A stretch of 64,000 nt of DNA from Anaeromyxobacteraceae bacterium (lineage in GTDB: Bacteria; Myxococcota; Myxococcia; Myxococcales; Anaeromyxobacteraceae). The DNA lies in assembly GCA_032654565.1 (NCBI GenBank), contig JAULAX010000015.1, positions 1,152,001-1,216,000 on the forward strand. Direction: 5' to 3'. Below are positions 16,656 to 25,086 of the stretch, one piece after another; position 1 is the stretch's first letter, and every line of letters begins with the position of its first letter. The notes beneath the pieces are model-generated. The model searched no databases. It was not told where the DNA came from and saw nothing but the letters and a program-made list of their open reading frames with translations. The position numbers and the translations under genes are program-made.

Positions 16656-16941
16656 AGCTTCAACAACGCCCTCGCCTGCCTCTCCAGGAGTTCCACCGCC
16701 TCCCTGGGGCCGTCGATCGGCGTCGGGCTTGAAGCCGAGCACCGAAGACGTGAACGGGCCGCGGGCGAGGCCGGGCTGGCGGTTGGTGATGGTGACGGCG
16801 CTCCGGCGCCCGGTGGCGTCGGCCAGGGTATTCAGGGTGTCGAGTCGTCGGTGGGTGAGGCGAGACATCTGGAGCTCCCGATGAAGCTGCGGGATCCATT
16901 GTTGGTGGGCCAGTGACGCGGATGTACCGGAAGCAATTGGG

Positions 16942-17127
16942 CTATTTGCTGCCGCAGATTGAGCATCGGAACGGCGGCTTAAAGGCCTGCCGGAGTAGCA
17001 GCCAGAGGCCAATGGACATGAGGGCCAAAACGAAGTCTCCGCCACCGATAGCGGTGACGTGGCGCTCGTACTTGGTGACCTTTCCACAGTTAGGGCAAGG
17101 GCGACTGTCTAGTTCGGTGCGCTGCAT
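16942..17127 (-). CDS. Small zinc-ribbon protein with hydrophobic hairpin (LITAF-like architecture)
   Basis: CPNC...hydrophobic 'FVLALMSIGLWLLL'...CSICG; GAGG RBS. Confidence 0.55.
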   Translation of the reverse strand: MQRTELDSRPCPNCGKVTKYERHVTAIGGGDFVLALMSIGLWLLLRQAFKPPFRCSICGSK

Positions 17128-17339
17128 AAGGAAGCCTCGGCGGTAGTAATTGGAGGTGGATATCGCGATGGACCGGGTCGGAGGCAGTGACATAGCCAAA
17201 CCGCCGCCGGTCGGACCGGAACTCATCGTTGTGCCGCGCGAATTAACAGGCTTGCTGCAAGAATTTCTAGACCAGCCATTCAGGGATGTCCTCCTTCAAG
17301 TGACCCCTCCTTCGCTAAAGGGCGGCGCTGGCTGCACCC

Positions 17340-20300
17340 TCAAGCTGCCATCAGCGTCGCGAACTGTTGGTACAGCGCCGCCGGCATGGCGTATTGGAGC
17401 CGCCAGGTGATGCTCATCGGGCGGGTCCCCTCGTGCGAGACATACTGGACCGGCCCGAGGAAGTGGAACTCCTCTCCCTTGTGCTTCCTCACGAACAGGA
17501 GGAAGCGGTTTCCGTTGGCGGCCTGCTCGACGTAGCGCCGCCCGGCCATCGAGTCAGGGCCGGTAGCGGCCTGCGATTGCCAGTGAAACAGGCGAGGGCT
17601 GATGGCGAAGTCGCGATAGCGAGTACTCGGCGAGAAGTGCTTCTCCTCCTTCACCAGGGTGACGAAGAGCAGCTCAGTGTCGGTGCCGACGCGGCGCACC
17701 CCCTCGCGAGAGCTGGGTTTGGCAATCTCTGACCAATCGCCCACGGCTGTCTGGGCTTCGCGGCGGGAGTAGGTCCGGTGCACAGAGAGGGCCCAGTCGG
17801 ACGGCAGGTCGCTGATGGGGGCGAGGAGCACTCGGTCGAGTAGCGCCTCGAACAGCTGGCCAAGCTCAAGCTTCAGCGCCGGGTGCTCGTCCAGGAGCGA
17901 CGCGGCCTGCTCCGGAGTCATGAGTCGCGCAGACTCCCGGAAGAGCTGGTAGCCGAGCATGAGGAGCCGACGTCGGTCGGCGACGCCCAGTGACCCAACC
18001 TCGCCGAGCTCACCCCGAAGGAGCCGTCCGTACAGCACCAGCCTGGCTGGATCATCGAGGTGGGTCACCAGGTCAAGGCGATCCCCAAGGTCCGCCTCGT
18101 TCGGCCCCGGCGATGGCGTGGGCAGGTCGGCCAGTCGGCGCAGCGAGGTGAAGAAGCCGGCCTGGTACACGTCCTCGAGCGGCCGCCCCGTGTCTTCCAG
18201 GAACTCGGCCAGCGTGGCGTCGCCACCGCGGGCCTCGGCGCAGGTCCGCAGCTCCCGAGCCAGGCGCTGCACGCCGCCGCCGAGCGCCACGCGGAGGCTG
18301 TCCAGGATGATCTGGCGGGACACCTTGTCGAGCTTGAGGTGGCACCCGGAGGGTAGGGTGGGGAAACCCAGCTCCACCGCCCCGCGTAGCTGACCCCGTT
18401 GGACGCCGGTGAGCGCGGTCAGGGCTCGGTCGAAGCGGAACTTCTCGTGCGATTGGCCGATGAAGTCCAGCACCAGGCAAGTGGACTTGCCGGGGTGGAG
18501 CCGGAGGCCACGCCCGAGCTGCTGGAGGAAGACGGTGGGGCTGGCAGTGGGCCGCAAGAGGAGCAGCGTGTCGACGAAGGGCAGGTCGACGCCCTCATTG
18601 TAGAGGTCGCAGGTGAAGATCACGTTCACGTCGCGCCGTTCGAGCTGTCGGGGGGCTTCGCGGCGCAGGGCCTCGGGCGTCCCGCCGTGGATGGCCACCG
18701 CCGGGATGCCCGCTGCGACGAACTTGCGGGCCATGAACTCGGCGTGGCCGACGCTGACACAGAACCCGAGGGCTCGCGACTGGTGGACCTGGCCGCGCAA
18801 GCGCTGGAACTGCTCGATGACCAGCTCGGCACGGCGGTCATTGCCGGTGTATAGCTTCTCGAGATCCTCGACGTCGTACATGCCGCGGCTCCAGCGAACC
18901 GCGCTCAGGTCGGTGCCGTCGGCAAGGCCGTAGTACTCGAAGGGCGCCAGGAGCTGGGTCTCCAGCGCGTCCCAGAGCCGCAGCTCCGCCGCCGGACGTC
19001 CAGAAAAGTAGGGGAGGATGCTGACGCCGTCGGCCCGCTCCGGGGTGGCGGTGAGGCCGAGAAGGATCTCGGGCTCGAGCTTCTCCACCAGGTCGGAGTA
19101 GGTGTCGGCGGCCGAGTGATGACACTCGTCCACCACCACCACCTTCCAGAAATCCTTGCCGCAGGTCTCGGCGAGCTTCCGCGACCGGAAGCTCTGTACG
19201 GTGGTGAAGAGGTGGTCGTAGGAGTCGGGCGCCTGACCCCCGCCCAGGAGGGCACCGAAGGCCTGGTCCCGGAGCACCAGCCGATAGGTCTGCAGCGCCT
19301 GCTGGAGCAACTCCTCCCGATGCGCCACAAAGAGGAGCCGCGGCCGGACGCCAGATGCCGGCACCAGCCGGCGGTAGTCGAAGGCCGCCAGCATGGTCTT
19401 GCCGGTGCCGGTGGCGGCCACCACCAGGTTGCGGGTGCGGCTGTGGATGGTCCGCTCGGCTTCAAGCAGGTCCAGCATGGCCTGCTGGAAGGGGTAAGGG
19501 GCGACGGTGACCAGCAGCATGGCCGGTACCAGGCCGTCCCGCTTGCGCCCGCTCTCCTTGTCGAGCGCCGCCCGGAGCCGGGCGCGGTCGACTTCCGAGG
19601 CGGCGTCGAAGGGCTCAAACTCGCCACTCTCCCAGAGCGTTTCGAAGGTGCCGCCGAACTTCTCGAGGACGTGCGGCAGGTCGGCCTGGCCCGCCTTGAC
19701 CGTCCACTCCAGGCCGCCGGAAAGCGCGACGCGCGAAAGGTTGGCCGAGCCCACATAGGCCGTGCTGAAGCCCGAGCGGCGATGGAAGAGCCATGCTTTG
19801 GCGTGCAGACGGGTGCGCCGGCCATCGTAGGAGATGCGCACCTGCGCGCCCGGCAGCTTGGCCAGGGCCTCGACCGCCTCGGCCTCGGTCGCGCCGGTGT
19901 AGGTGGTGGTCATCAGGCGCAAGGGGCGCTGGTCAAGGGCGAAGCGCTGGAACGCATCGCTCATGCGCCGCCAGCCCTCCCAGGTGACGAAGGAAACAAG
20001 GGCGTCAATGCGGTCGGCCGTTGCGATCTCGGCCTCAAGCTCGGACCCAAGTCGCGGTTCTCCCTCGGCGCCGGTGAGGAGGCCGCTCAGGGAGAGCGGG
20101 GTCTGCGGGCGAGGGGGAGGTGTTGCGTCTCGGTAAACTGCAAGTAGAGCTTGGCGTGCGTCGCCCGCGGCAATCGTGGATTCTGGCCCCGTCGCTCCGA
20201 TAGCAGAGAGCACTCGGGTGCAGAGAGCCACCTGCTCCTCTTCCGTAAGCGAACCAAGTGCCCGCGTCAGCTCAGTGGTCAGGTGGCGCACCAAGAGCGA

Positions 20301-20429
20301 CGTACCCTCCACGGCCGAGAGGTCCTCGACCTGAACCGAGCGACCACCCTGCTTGGCCTCGCCGATGGCGCGCTCAAGCAGCTGCGTCACCAGGGACTCG
20401 TAGACGCCGTCGGGGAGCGGGGTGGGCAT
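17340..20429 (-). CDS. PLD nuclease-SF2 helicase-DUF3427 protein (SauUSI-like modification-dependent restriction enzyme)
   Basis: LHAKAW...GSANLS (PLD); ATGTGKT, DECHH, LTATPER, EGVDLP, QQLGRGLR helicase motifs; Y.D.AIS..LFHWQSQ DUF3427-type C-terminus. Confidence 0.88.
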   Translation of the reverse strand: MPTPLPDGVYESLVTQLLERAIGEAKQGGRSVQVEDLSAVEGTSLLVRHLTTELTRALGSLTEEEQVALCTRVLSAIGATGPESTIAAGDARQALLAVYRDATPPPRPQTPLSLSGLLTGAEGEPRLGSELEAEIATADRIDALVSFVTWEGWRRMSDAFQRFALDQRPLRLMTTTYTGATEAEAVEALAKLPGAQVRISYDGRRTRLHAKAWLFHRRSGFSTAYVGSANLSRVALSGGLEWTVKAGQADLPHVLEKFGGTFETLWESGEFEPFDAASEVDRARLRAALDKESGRKRDGLVPAMLLVTVAPYPFQQAMLDLLEAERTIHSRTRNLVVAATGTGKTMLAAFDYRRLVPASGVRPRLLFVAHREELLQQALQTYRLVLRDQAFGALLGGGQAPDSYDHLFTTVQSFRSRKLAETCGKDFWKVVVVDECHHSAADTYSDLVEKLEPEILLGLTATPERADGVSILPYFSGRPAAELRLWDALETQLLAPFEYYGLADGTDLSAVRWSRGMYDVEDLEKLYTGNDRRAELVIEQFQRLRGQVHQSRALGFCVSVGHAEFMARKFVAAGIPAVAIHGGTPEALRREAPRQLERRDVNVIFTCDLYNEGVDLPFVDTLLLLRPTASPTVFLQQLGRGLRLHPGKSTCLVLDFIGQSHEKFRFDRALTALTGVQRGQLRGAVELGFPTLPSGCHLKLDKVSRQIILDSLRVALGGGVQRLARELRTCAEARGGDATLAEFLEDTGRPLEDVYQAGFFTSLRRLADLPTPSPGPNEADLGDRLDLVTHLDDPARLVLYGRLLRGELGEVGSLGVADRRRLLMLGYQLFRESARLMTPEQAASLLDEHPALKLELGQLFEALLDRVLLAPISDLPSDWALSVHRTYSRREAQTAVGDWSEIAKPSSREGVRRVGTDTELLFVTLVKEEKHFSPSTRYRDFAISPRLFHWQSQAATGPDSMAGRRYVEQAANGNRFLLFVRKHKGEEFHFLGPVQYVSHEGTRPMSITWRLQYAMPAALYQQFATLMAA

Positions 20430-20546
20430 GTGTTCGGATACTAGCCCGGGGTACGGACAGACTGTTGGGGGAGTTGACCGAGTTCAACCCTGCGTAGCCG
20501 CTTTGAGGCACCTGAATGTACGTCGCAGGGTGTAGGCTCTCCAGGC

Positions 20547-21512
20547 GTGCGCGGCTACCTCTTCCCCACCGACATCAACTGGTTCACTTTCCTTCGTGAG
20601 CGCCAGCCGCTCGACGAGGTGAATTTCTGGCGCCCGTCAGGGCGCGGATTTGCCGCTCTCTCCCCTGGGGAGCCGCTACTCTTCAAGTTGAAGAGCCCCC
20701 ACAACGCCATCGGCGGATTCGGTATCTTCGCTCGCTACGAGCAGGCCACCGCGCGCCTTGCCTGGGACGCCTTTGGGGAGCGGAACGGGGCGACGACCTT
20801 TGAGGAGATGTGCCAGCGGATTGAGCACTACAGGGCAGGCCAGCCAAGCGACCCACTTCGCCGCTACCAGGTTGGCTGCATCATGCTTTCGCAGCCCGTC
20901 TTCTTCGCAGATGGTGACTGGGTGCCGCAGCCAACCGATTGGGCGCCGCAGGCCGTATCGGGTTCCGGCTACGACTTGGGCTCGGGAGAGGGTCTTCGGG
21001 TCTGGCACCAATGCCTCGAACGTGCGGCCGGTATGCGGCGGCTCCCCCCGGTGGCGTTGGCGGCTGAACCTCTCGAGCAGGGCGACCGAGCCGCCGGCCC
21101 ACGCTTTGGCTCCCCCCAGATCGTGCTGCCACGACTCGGGCAGGGCACGTTCCGGGTGGCGGTCACGGGCGCCTACCGAGGGGCCTGCGCCGTCACCGGT
21201 GAGCACTCGATGCCCATCCTGGAGGCAGCGCACATTCGGCCGTACGAAGACGAGGGCCAGCACACCGTATCCAATGGCCTCTTGCTTCGCGCCGACGTGC
21301 ACCGGCTCTTCGACCGCGGATATGTCACCGTGAGTCCGGACCTCAAGTTCGTGGTGAGCCAGCGCCTCAAGCAGGAGTTCGAGAACGGCGCAGTGTACTA
21401 TGAACGCCACGGGAGGCAGATTCACCTCCCGTCGCAAGTCGCAGACCGTCCCGCTGTCGAGCTGCTGCGCTGGCACAACGAGAACGTGTTTGAACGCGGA
21501 AGGGCAGCCTGA
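20547..21512 (+). CDS. HNH endonuclease with N-terminal PUA/EVE-like domain (putative restriction enzyme)
   Basis: RLGQGTFR..V..AY...CAVTG...LEAAHIRPY...NGLLLRADVHRLFDRG...WHN; N-term EVNFWRP...GEPLLFKLKSP. Confidence 0.85.
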   Translation: MRGYLFPTDINWFTFLRERQPLDEVNFWRPSGRGFAALSPGEPLLFKLKSPHNAIGGFGIFARYEQATARLAWDAFGERNGATTFEEMCQRIEHYRAGQPSDPLRRYQVGCIMLSQPVFFADGDWVPQPTDWAPQAVSGSGYDLGSGEGLRVWHQCLERAAGMRRLPPVALAAEPLEQGDRAAGPRFGSPQIVLPRLGQGTFRVAVTGAYRGACAVTGEHSMPILEAAHIRPYEDEGQHTVSNGLLLRADVHRLFDRGYVTVSPDLKFVVSQRLKQEFENGAVYYERHGRQIHLPSQVADRPAVELLRWHNENVFERGRAA

Positions 21513-21514
21513 CC

Positions 21515-22384
21515 GTGCGAGTCGAGACGGTGACCGCAGCCGGGTTCGGCCTCCTTCAGGCGATTCGCGACACGCTCGCCTCTTCGACCGACTCGATTCT
21601 GTGCGTCGCCTTTGCGCATGAGCGTGGCGTGCGGCTGCTTGGCAAGGAACTGGAGGAAGGCCACCGGCGCGGTGGGAGGGCCCGGCTTGTGGTCACCACG
21701 GCCTTCGATCGCGGCGGGACGACTGGCGACGCGCTCATCGCAGCGCGCAGCTTCGGGGTTGAGGTCCGCATCCACAATCACTCTGGCGGCACGTACCATC
21801 CGAAGCTCTACCTGGGATCGGACGGAGCGAAGGCGAGCGCCGTCATCGGCTCGGCCAATCTCACGGCCGGGCTGGCCTGCAATATTGAGGTGGGCGTCGC
21901 GATGGTGGGCGCTCGCGAGGAGCCCGCTCTAACCCGGGCCTGGGAGGTCGGGGAGGCGCTCTGGGCAGACGCACGAAGCGAGCCGTGGGAAGCCAGGGCC
22001 GCCGACGCGCCCGAAGAGGAGATCCTTCCGGAACTCCTCGCAGCGCTCGAGAAGGCGCGTCGCCTCGATCCGGTCTTCATGACGCTCGGCCCGAATCCAC
22101 GCCCGAACAAAGTTGTCGAGGTAACGCCAGCGGAAATCTGGATCGAAACCGAGCGGACCCTGCGCGAGCGAACCGGTCCGCAGCCCGTGGCGGCTTGGAT
22201 GCTCAATCTGGCCTGGGAATACCTCCGAACCCGGGGTGAGCTCACCAATGCCACATTGCTCCACCAACTCAGGGTGCATCGGTCCAGTGCGGTCTGCGCG
22301 CTCTTCGCGAGAGTTCAAGGGGTTCAGGTCCAAAGAGCTGGCCAGATCAAGCTCGTCTTCAATACCGAGAGCAATCAGCGATAA
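21515..22384 (+). CDS. Phospholipase D-family nuclease (BfiI/NgoFVII/DrmC-like)
   Basis: YHPKLY...IGSANLT.G...NIE motif; starts 2 nt after the HNH stop. Confidence 0.8.
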   Translation: MRVETVTAAGFGLLQAIRDTLASSTDSILCVAFAHERGVRLLGKELEEGHRRGGRARLVVTTAFDRGGTTGDALIAARSFGVEVRIHNHSGGTYHPKLYLGSDGAKASAVIGSANLTAGLACNIEVGVAMVGAREEPALTRAWEVGEALWADARSEPWEARAADAPEEEILPELLAALEKARRLDPVFMTLGPNPRPNKVVEVTPAEIWIETERTLRERTGPQPVAAWMLNLAWEYLRTRGELTNATLLHQLRVHRSSAVCALFARVQGVQVQRAGQIKLVFNTESNQR

Positions 22385-22466
22385 CCCTTGCCGGACAGAT
22401 ACCCGGAGTGTAGTTCGTCTGTTGCGAAGCCTTCCGTGCTTGGCGAATGTGCTCGACCGTTACCGA

Positions 22467-22925
22467 CTACAGGCGCTCGCCTGCCTGCCGCGCCTTCACC
22501 AGCCGTGAGATCATGTGCCCCATGCCGCCGAGGCCGGCGAGGGGCATCCTCACCGTGGTCGGCGAGCCCGCGAAGGCTTCCTGAACGCGCCTGGCATAGG
22601 CGCTGCCTCCCAGGACCGCGATCTCAGAGAAGCGGTCCAAGTGAAGGGCCGTGATCTGCTCCCGGAGCGTGGCAACCTGCACGGTTTCCGCCGAAGGCTT
22701 CAGGAAAGTGGTGTCGTATGGACCGGGAACAGGGTCGGTCGGTCGCAGGAAGCCGTACTTCGCCGAGAGGATGATCCACGGTGACCCGCTGGCGCGAGCG
22801 TACTTGGCGGCAGCCCCTGCGAAGGTGCCGGTGTAGGCCTCTCCAGCGGGGGTCGGCCCTCGTGAAGGATCCGAGTCCCATACCTTCGCTTTCCCGCAGG
22901 GGGCCACATAGAGCGTTGAGTTCAT
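22467..22925 (-). CDS. DUF6884-like protein
   Basis: PCGKAK...A.EAYTGTF...W.ILSAKYGFL.P...PYD motif; start probably ATG 22925 (the track gives 22943). Confidence 0.7.
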   Translation of the reverse strand: MNSTLYVAPCGKAKVWDSDPSRGPTPAGEAYTGTFAGAAAKYARASGSPWIILSAKYGFLRPTDPVPGPYDTTFLKPSAETVQVATLREQITALHLDRFSEIAVLGGSAYARRVQEAFAGSPTTVRMPLAGLGGMGHMISRLVKARQAGERL

Positions 22926-22939
22926 GTCCAGTCCGTCCT

Positions 22940-24334
22940 TCAAGCCGACAGCGCGAGCTTGAGCCTCGCAGGATCGGCGACTTCGAAGTCACTTCCCGAA
23001 CTCCAGAGACGAGCGCCCGCAGGCAAGCGGCCATAGAGCGCCGAGGCGACGCCGCGCGATCGGTCCGAGTTGCGATCCCAGCGCAGACGGACGCCAAGGG
23101 CAGCGAGCACCTCGCCGTGGTCTCTCCCTCGTTGACGCCATCGCTCCAGGTGGTCGGCGGCAGCCAGGAAGTCGCGCTTGTTGCTGTTGCAGCGGCCGTG
23201 GGCGGCGACCAGGTTGTCCAGCCCATTGTCGGGGTAGCGCGCCCAGGGGATGAAGTGGTCCACCTCGGCGACTTCGAAGTCACTTCCCGAACTCCAGAGA
23301 CGAGCGCCCGCAGGTAGGCGGCCGTAGAGCGCCGACGCTACCCCACGCGAACGGTTCGAGTTGCGATCCCAGCTCAGACGGACGCCAAGGGCAGCGAGCA
23401 CGTCGCCGTGGTCTCTCCCTCGTTGACGCCATCGCTCCAGGTGGTCTGCGGCAGCCAGGAAGTCGCGCTTGTTGCTATTGCAGCGGCCGTGGGCGGCGAC
23501 CAGGTTGTCCAGCCCATTGTCGGGGTAGCGGGCCCAGGGGATAAAGTGATCCACCTCGCAAGCGCCCTCGATGCGTCCTTCGCAATAGAAGCAACGGTTC
23601 GACTGGAGTTCCCGGAGGGGCTGGCGGACAGGGTCCAGGGGAATGCGCTCCGCGCCGAAGAGGAAGGTCTCCAGGGTCGCTTCGGGCAGGCCGTTCATGC
23701 TGGCCACCATGACCGCCCACTCCCGCTGGAGGATGGGCCGGAGAACGCCGTTCAGCCTGACCAGGTTCTCCGCCACGCCGGGCCTGAGCAAAAGCCGGTT
23801 GTCGAAGGCTCCGGGCGTGCCGGCCTGGTAGGCCGACACCGGGGCGCGCTTGATCGACTGGTCCCAGGAGTATTCGTAGAGGAAGCGGTCTTCGTCACGC
23901 CCCATGACCTGGAGGCGCGGGATAGGCATCTCGATGAGCTTCCACTCCACGAAGCGAACCAGCCGCTCATAGGCGGCCGGGCGCGCGAGCCGAGCCCGGA
24001 AGTGCAGCTCCTCCGGAGCACCTGCCACCTCCTGCCGGAAACGAGCGATGGCACCCACGATCTCGGCCTGGTGGTCCACGTGACCGCCGCCTTGCCGCAG
24101 GACGCGGCCGACCGGCTCGTAGGGCGAAGCGTGGGGCCAGTAGAGCTCGACGATCTCCTCGGCCAGCTCGCGGGTGGTGATTGAGGTGGGCGGCCCGCCG
24201 GCGGTCGTCTTCTCAATCGTCAGGTCGAGGATGGCCATGAAGAGGGCGTACTTGTAGGTGGCGGAGAAGCTGCCCTGGTCGAGGACGGCCAGCACCCGCT
24301 CGGCTAGCGCGATGGCGCCTGTGTCGCCGCTCAC
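22940..24334 (-). CDS. HNH endonuclease with tandemly duplicated HNH C-terminal segment
   Basis: N-term ATYKYALF.AI motif; CFYC...EVDHFIPWARYPDNGLDNLVAAHGRCNSNKRD, with the DH...NKRD segment present twice; GTG start overlaps the HIT stop. Confidence 0.85.
   Translation of the reverse strand: MSGDTGAIALAERVLAVLDQGSFSATYKYALFMAILDLTIEKTTAGGPPTSITTRELAEEIVELYWPHASPYEPVGRVLRQGGGHVDHQAEIVGAIARFRQEVAGAPEELHFRARLARPAAYERLVRFVEWKLIEMPIPRLQVMGRDEDRFLYEYSWDQSIKRAPVSAYQAGTPGAFDNRLLLRPGVAENLVRLNGVLRPILQREWAVMVASMNGLPEATLETFLFGAERIPLDPVRQPLRELQSNRCFYCEGRIEGACEVDHFIPWARYPDNGLDNLVAAHGRCNSNKRDFLAAADHLERWRQRGRDHGDVLAALGVRLSWDRNSNRSRGVASALYGRLPAGARLWSSGSDFEVAEVDHFIPWARYPDNGLDNLVAAHGRCNSNKRDFLAAADHLERWRQRGRDHGEVLAALGVRLRWDRNSDRSRGVASALYGRLPAGARLWSSGSDFEVADPARLKLALSA
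22974..23555. repeat. In-frame tandem duplication, 2 x 291 bp
   Basis: Copies at 22974-23264 and 23265-23555; about 16 mismatches by manual comparison. Confidence 0.95.
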
Positions 24335-24726
24335 AGGCCGGCCTTCCAGTAGGCCGCCCTGTCCGGCACCACCCACCTCACACCACCCCGCGGGTCCTCC
24401 ACATCCCCCACGTACCTGGGGATCACATGCACATGCGCGTGCCCCACCGTCTGCCCCGCCGCCTCGCCCACGTTGACGCCCACGTTGTAGCCCGCGGGTG
24501 AGTGCCTGGCGTCGAGCCGCTCCTTCACGGCCGGTAAGAGCACCCAGACCGCCGCCTGCTCCTCTGCCGTCAGCTCGAACAGGCTGGCGACGTGGCGGCG
24601 AGGGATGATGAGCGTGTGCCCCGGGTTCACCGGGAACCCGTCCTTGAACGCCGCGGCCAGCTCGTTCTCGGCCGTCAGGTCGGGGAGCGCCAGGCGGGCG
24701 CAGAGCGGGCAGGGGGGCTCGGTCAC
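24331..24726 (-). CDS. HIT-family nucleotide hydrolase
   Basis: CPLC...DGFPVNPGHTLIIPRRH...YNVGVNVGEAAGQTVGHAHVHVIPRY. Confidence 0.92.
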   Translation of the reverse strand: MTEPPCPLCARLALPDLTAENELAAAFKDGFPVNPGHTLIIPRRHVASLFELTAEEQAAVWVLLPAVKERLDARHSPAGYNVGVNVGEAAGQTVGHAHVHVIPRYVGDVEDPRGGVRWVVPDRAAYWKAGL

Positions 24727-25086
24727 ACGGTGAGTCTAGCCTCCCGGCCACCCCGGAAGAACTGCCTGGCAGAGCGAGAGCGGCGCGCAGGAACGGCCGG
24801 GACGCCTGACGCAATCGGTCAAGCCAGTCGCAGCGGTTGCTGAACAAATACCGTGCGATTCAAATCTGGCTGACGGTGGAGAAACAGGGCGAGCCGGTTG
24901 GCGACGCCCGGTGCAGCCGATCCGGGGCCTCGGGATCTGGCCCGGCGGGACTAGGCAATACGGCAGTACCCCATTCGGACTCAGGGACTCCAAGTCACAG
25001 TGCGGAGGGTGCGAGATCGAATGGGTAACAGCCCCAGAGTTGGTCGCGGTGGCCCATGCGTCCCACAGGGAGACGAGGAGCAATCC

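Noticed and set aside
16614..16868. Possible small frameshifted gene (MSRLTHRRLDTL... / ...EAVELLERQARALLKLYAAP)
   Set aside because: Has a weak RBS but no recognisable family and needs an assumed frameshift; insufficient support.
17150..17410. 86-aa plus-strand ORF
   Set aside because: Overlaps the helicase 3' end, has no motif and atypical codon use.
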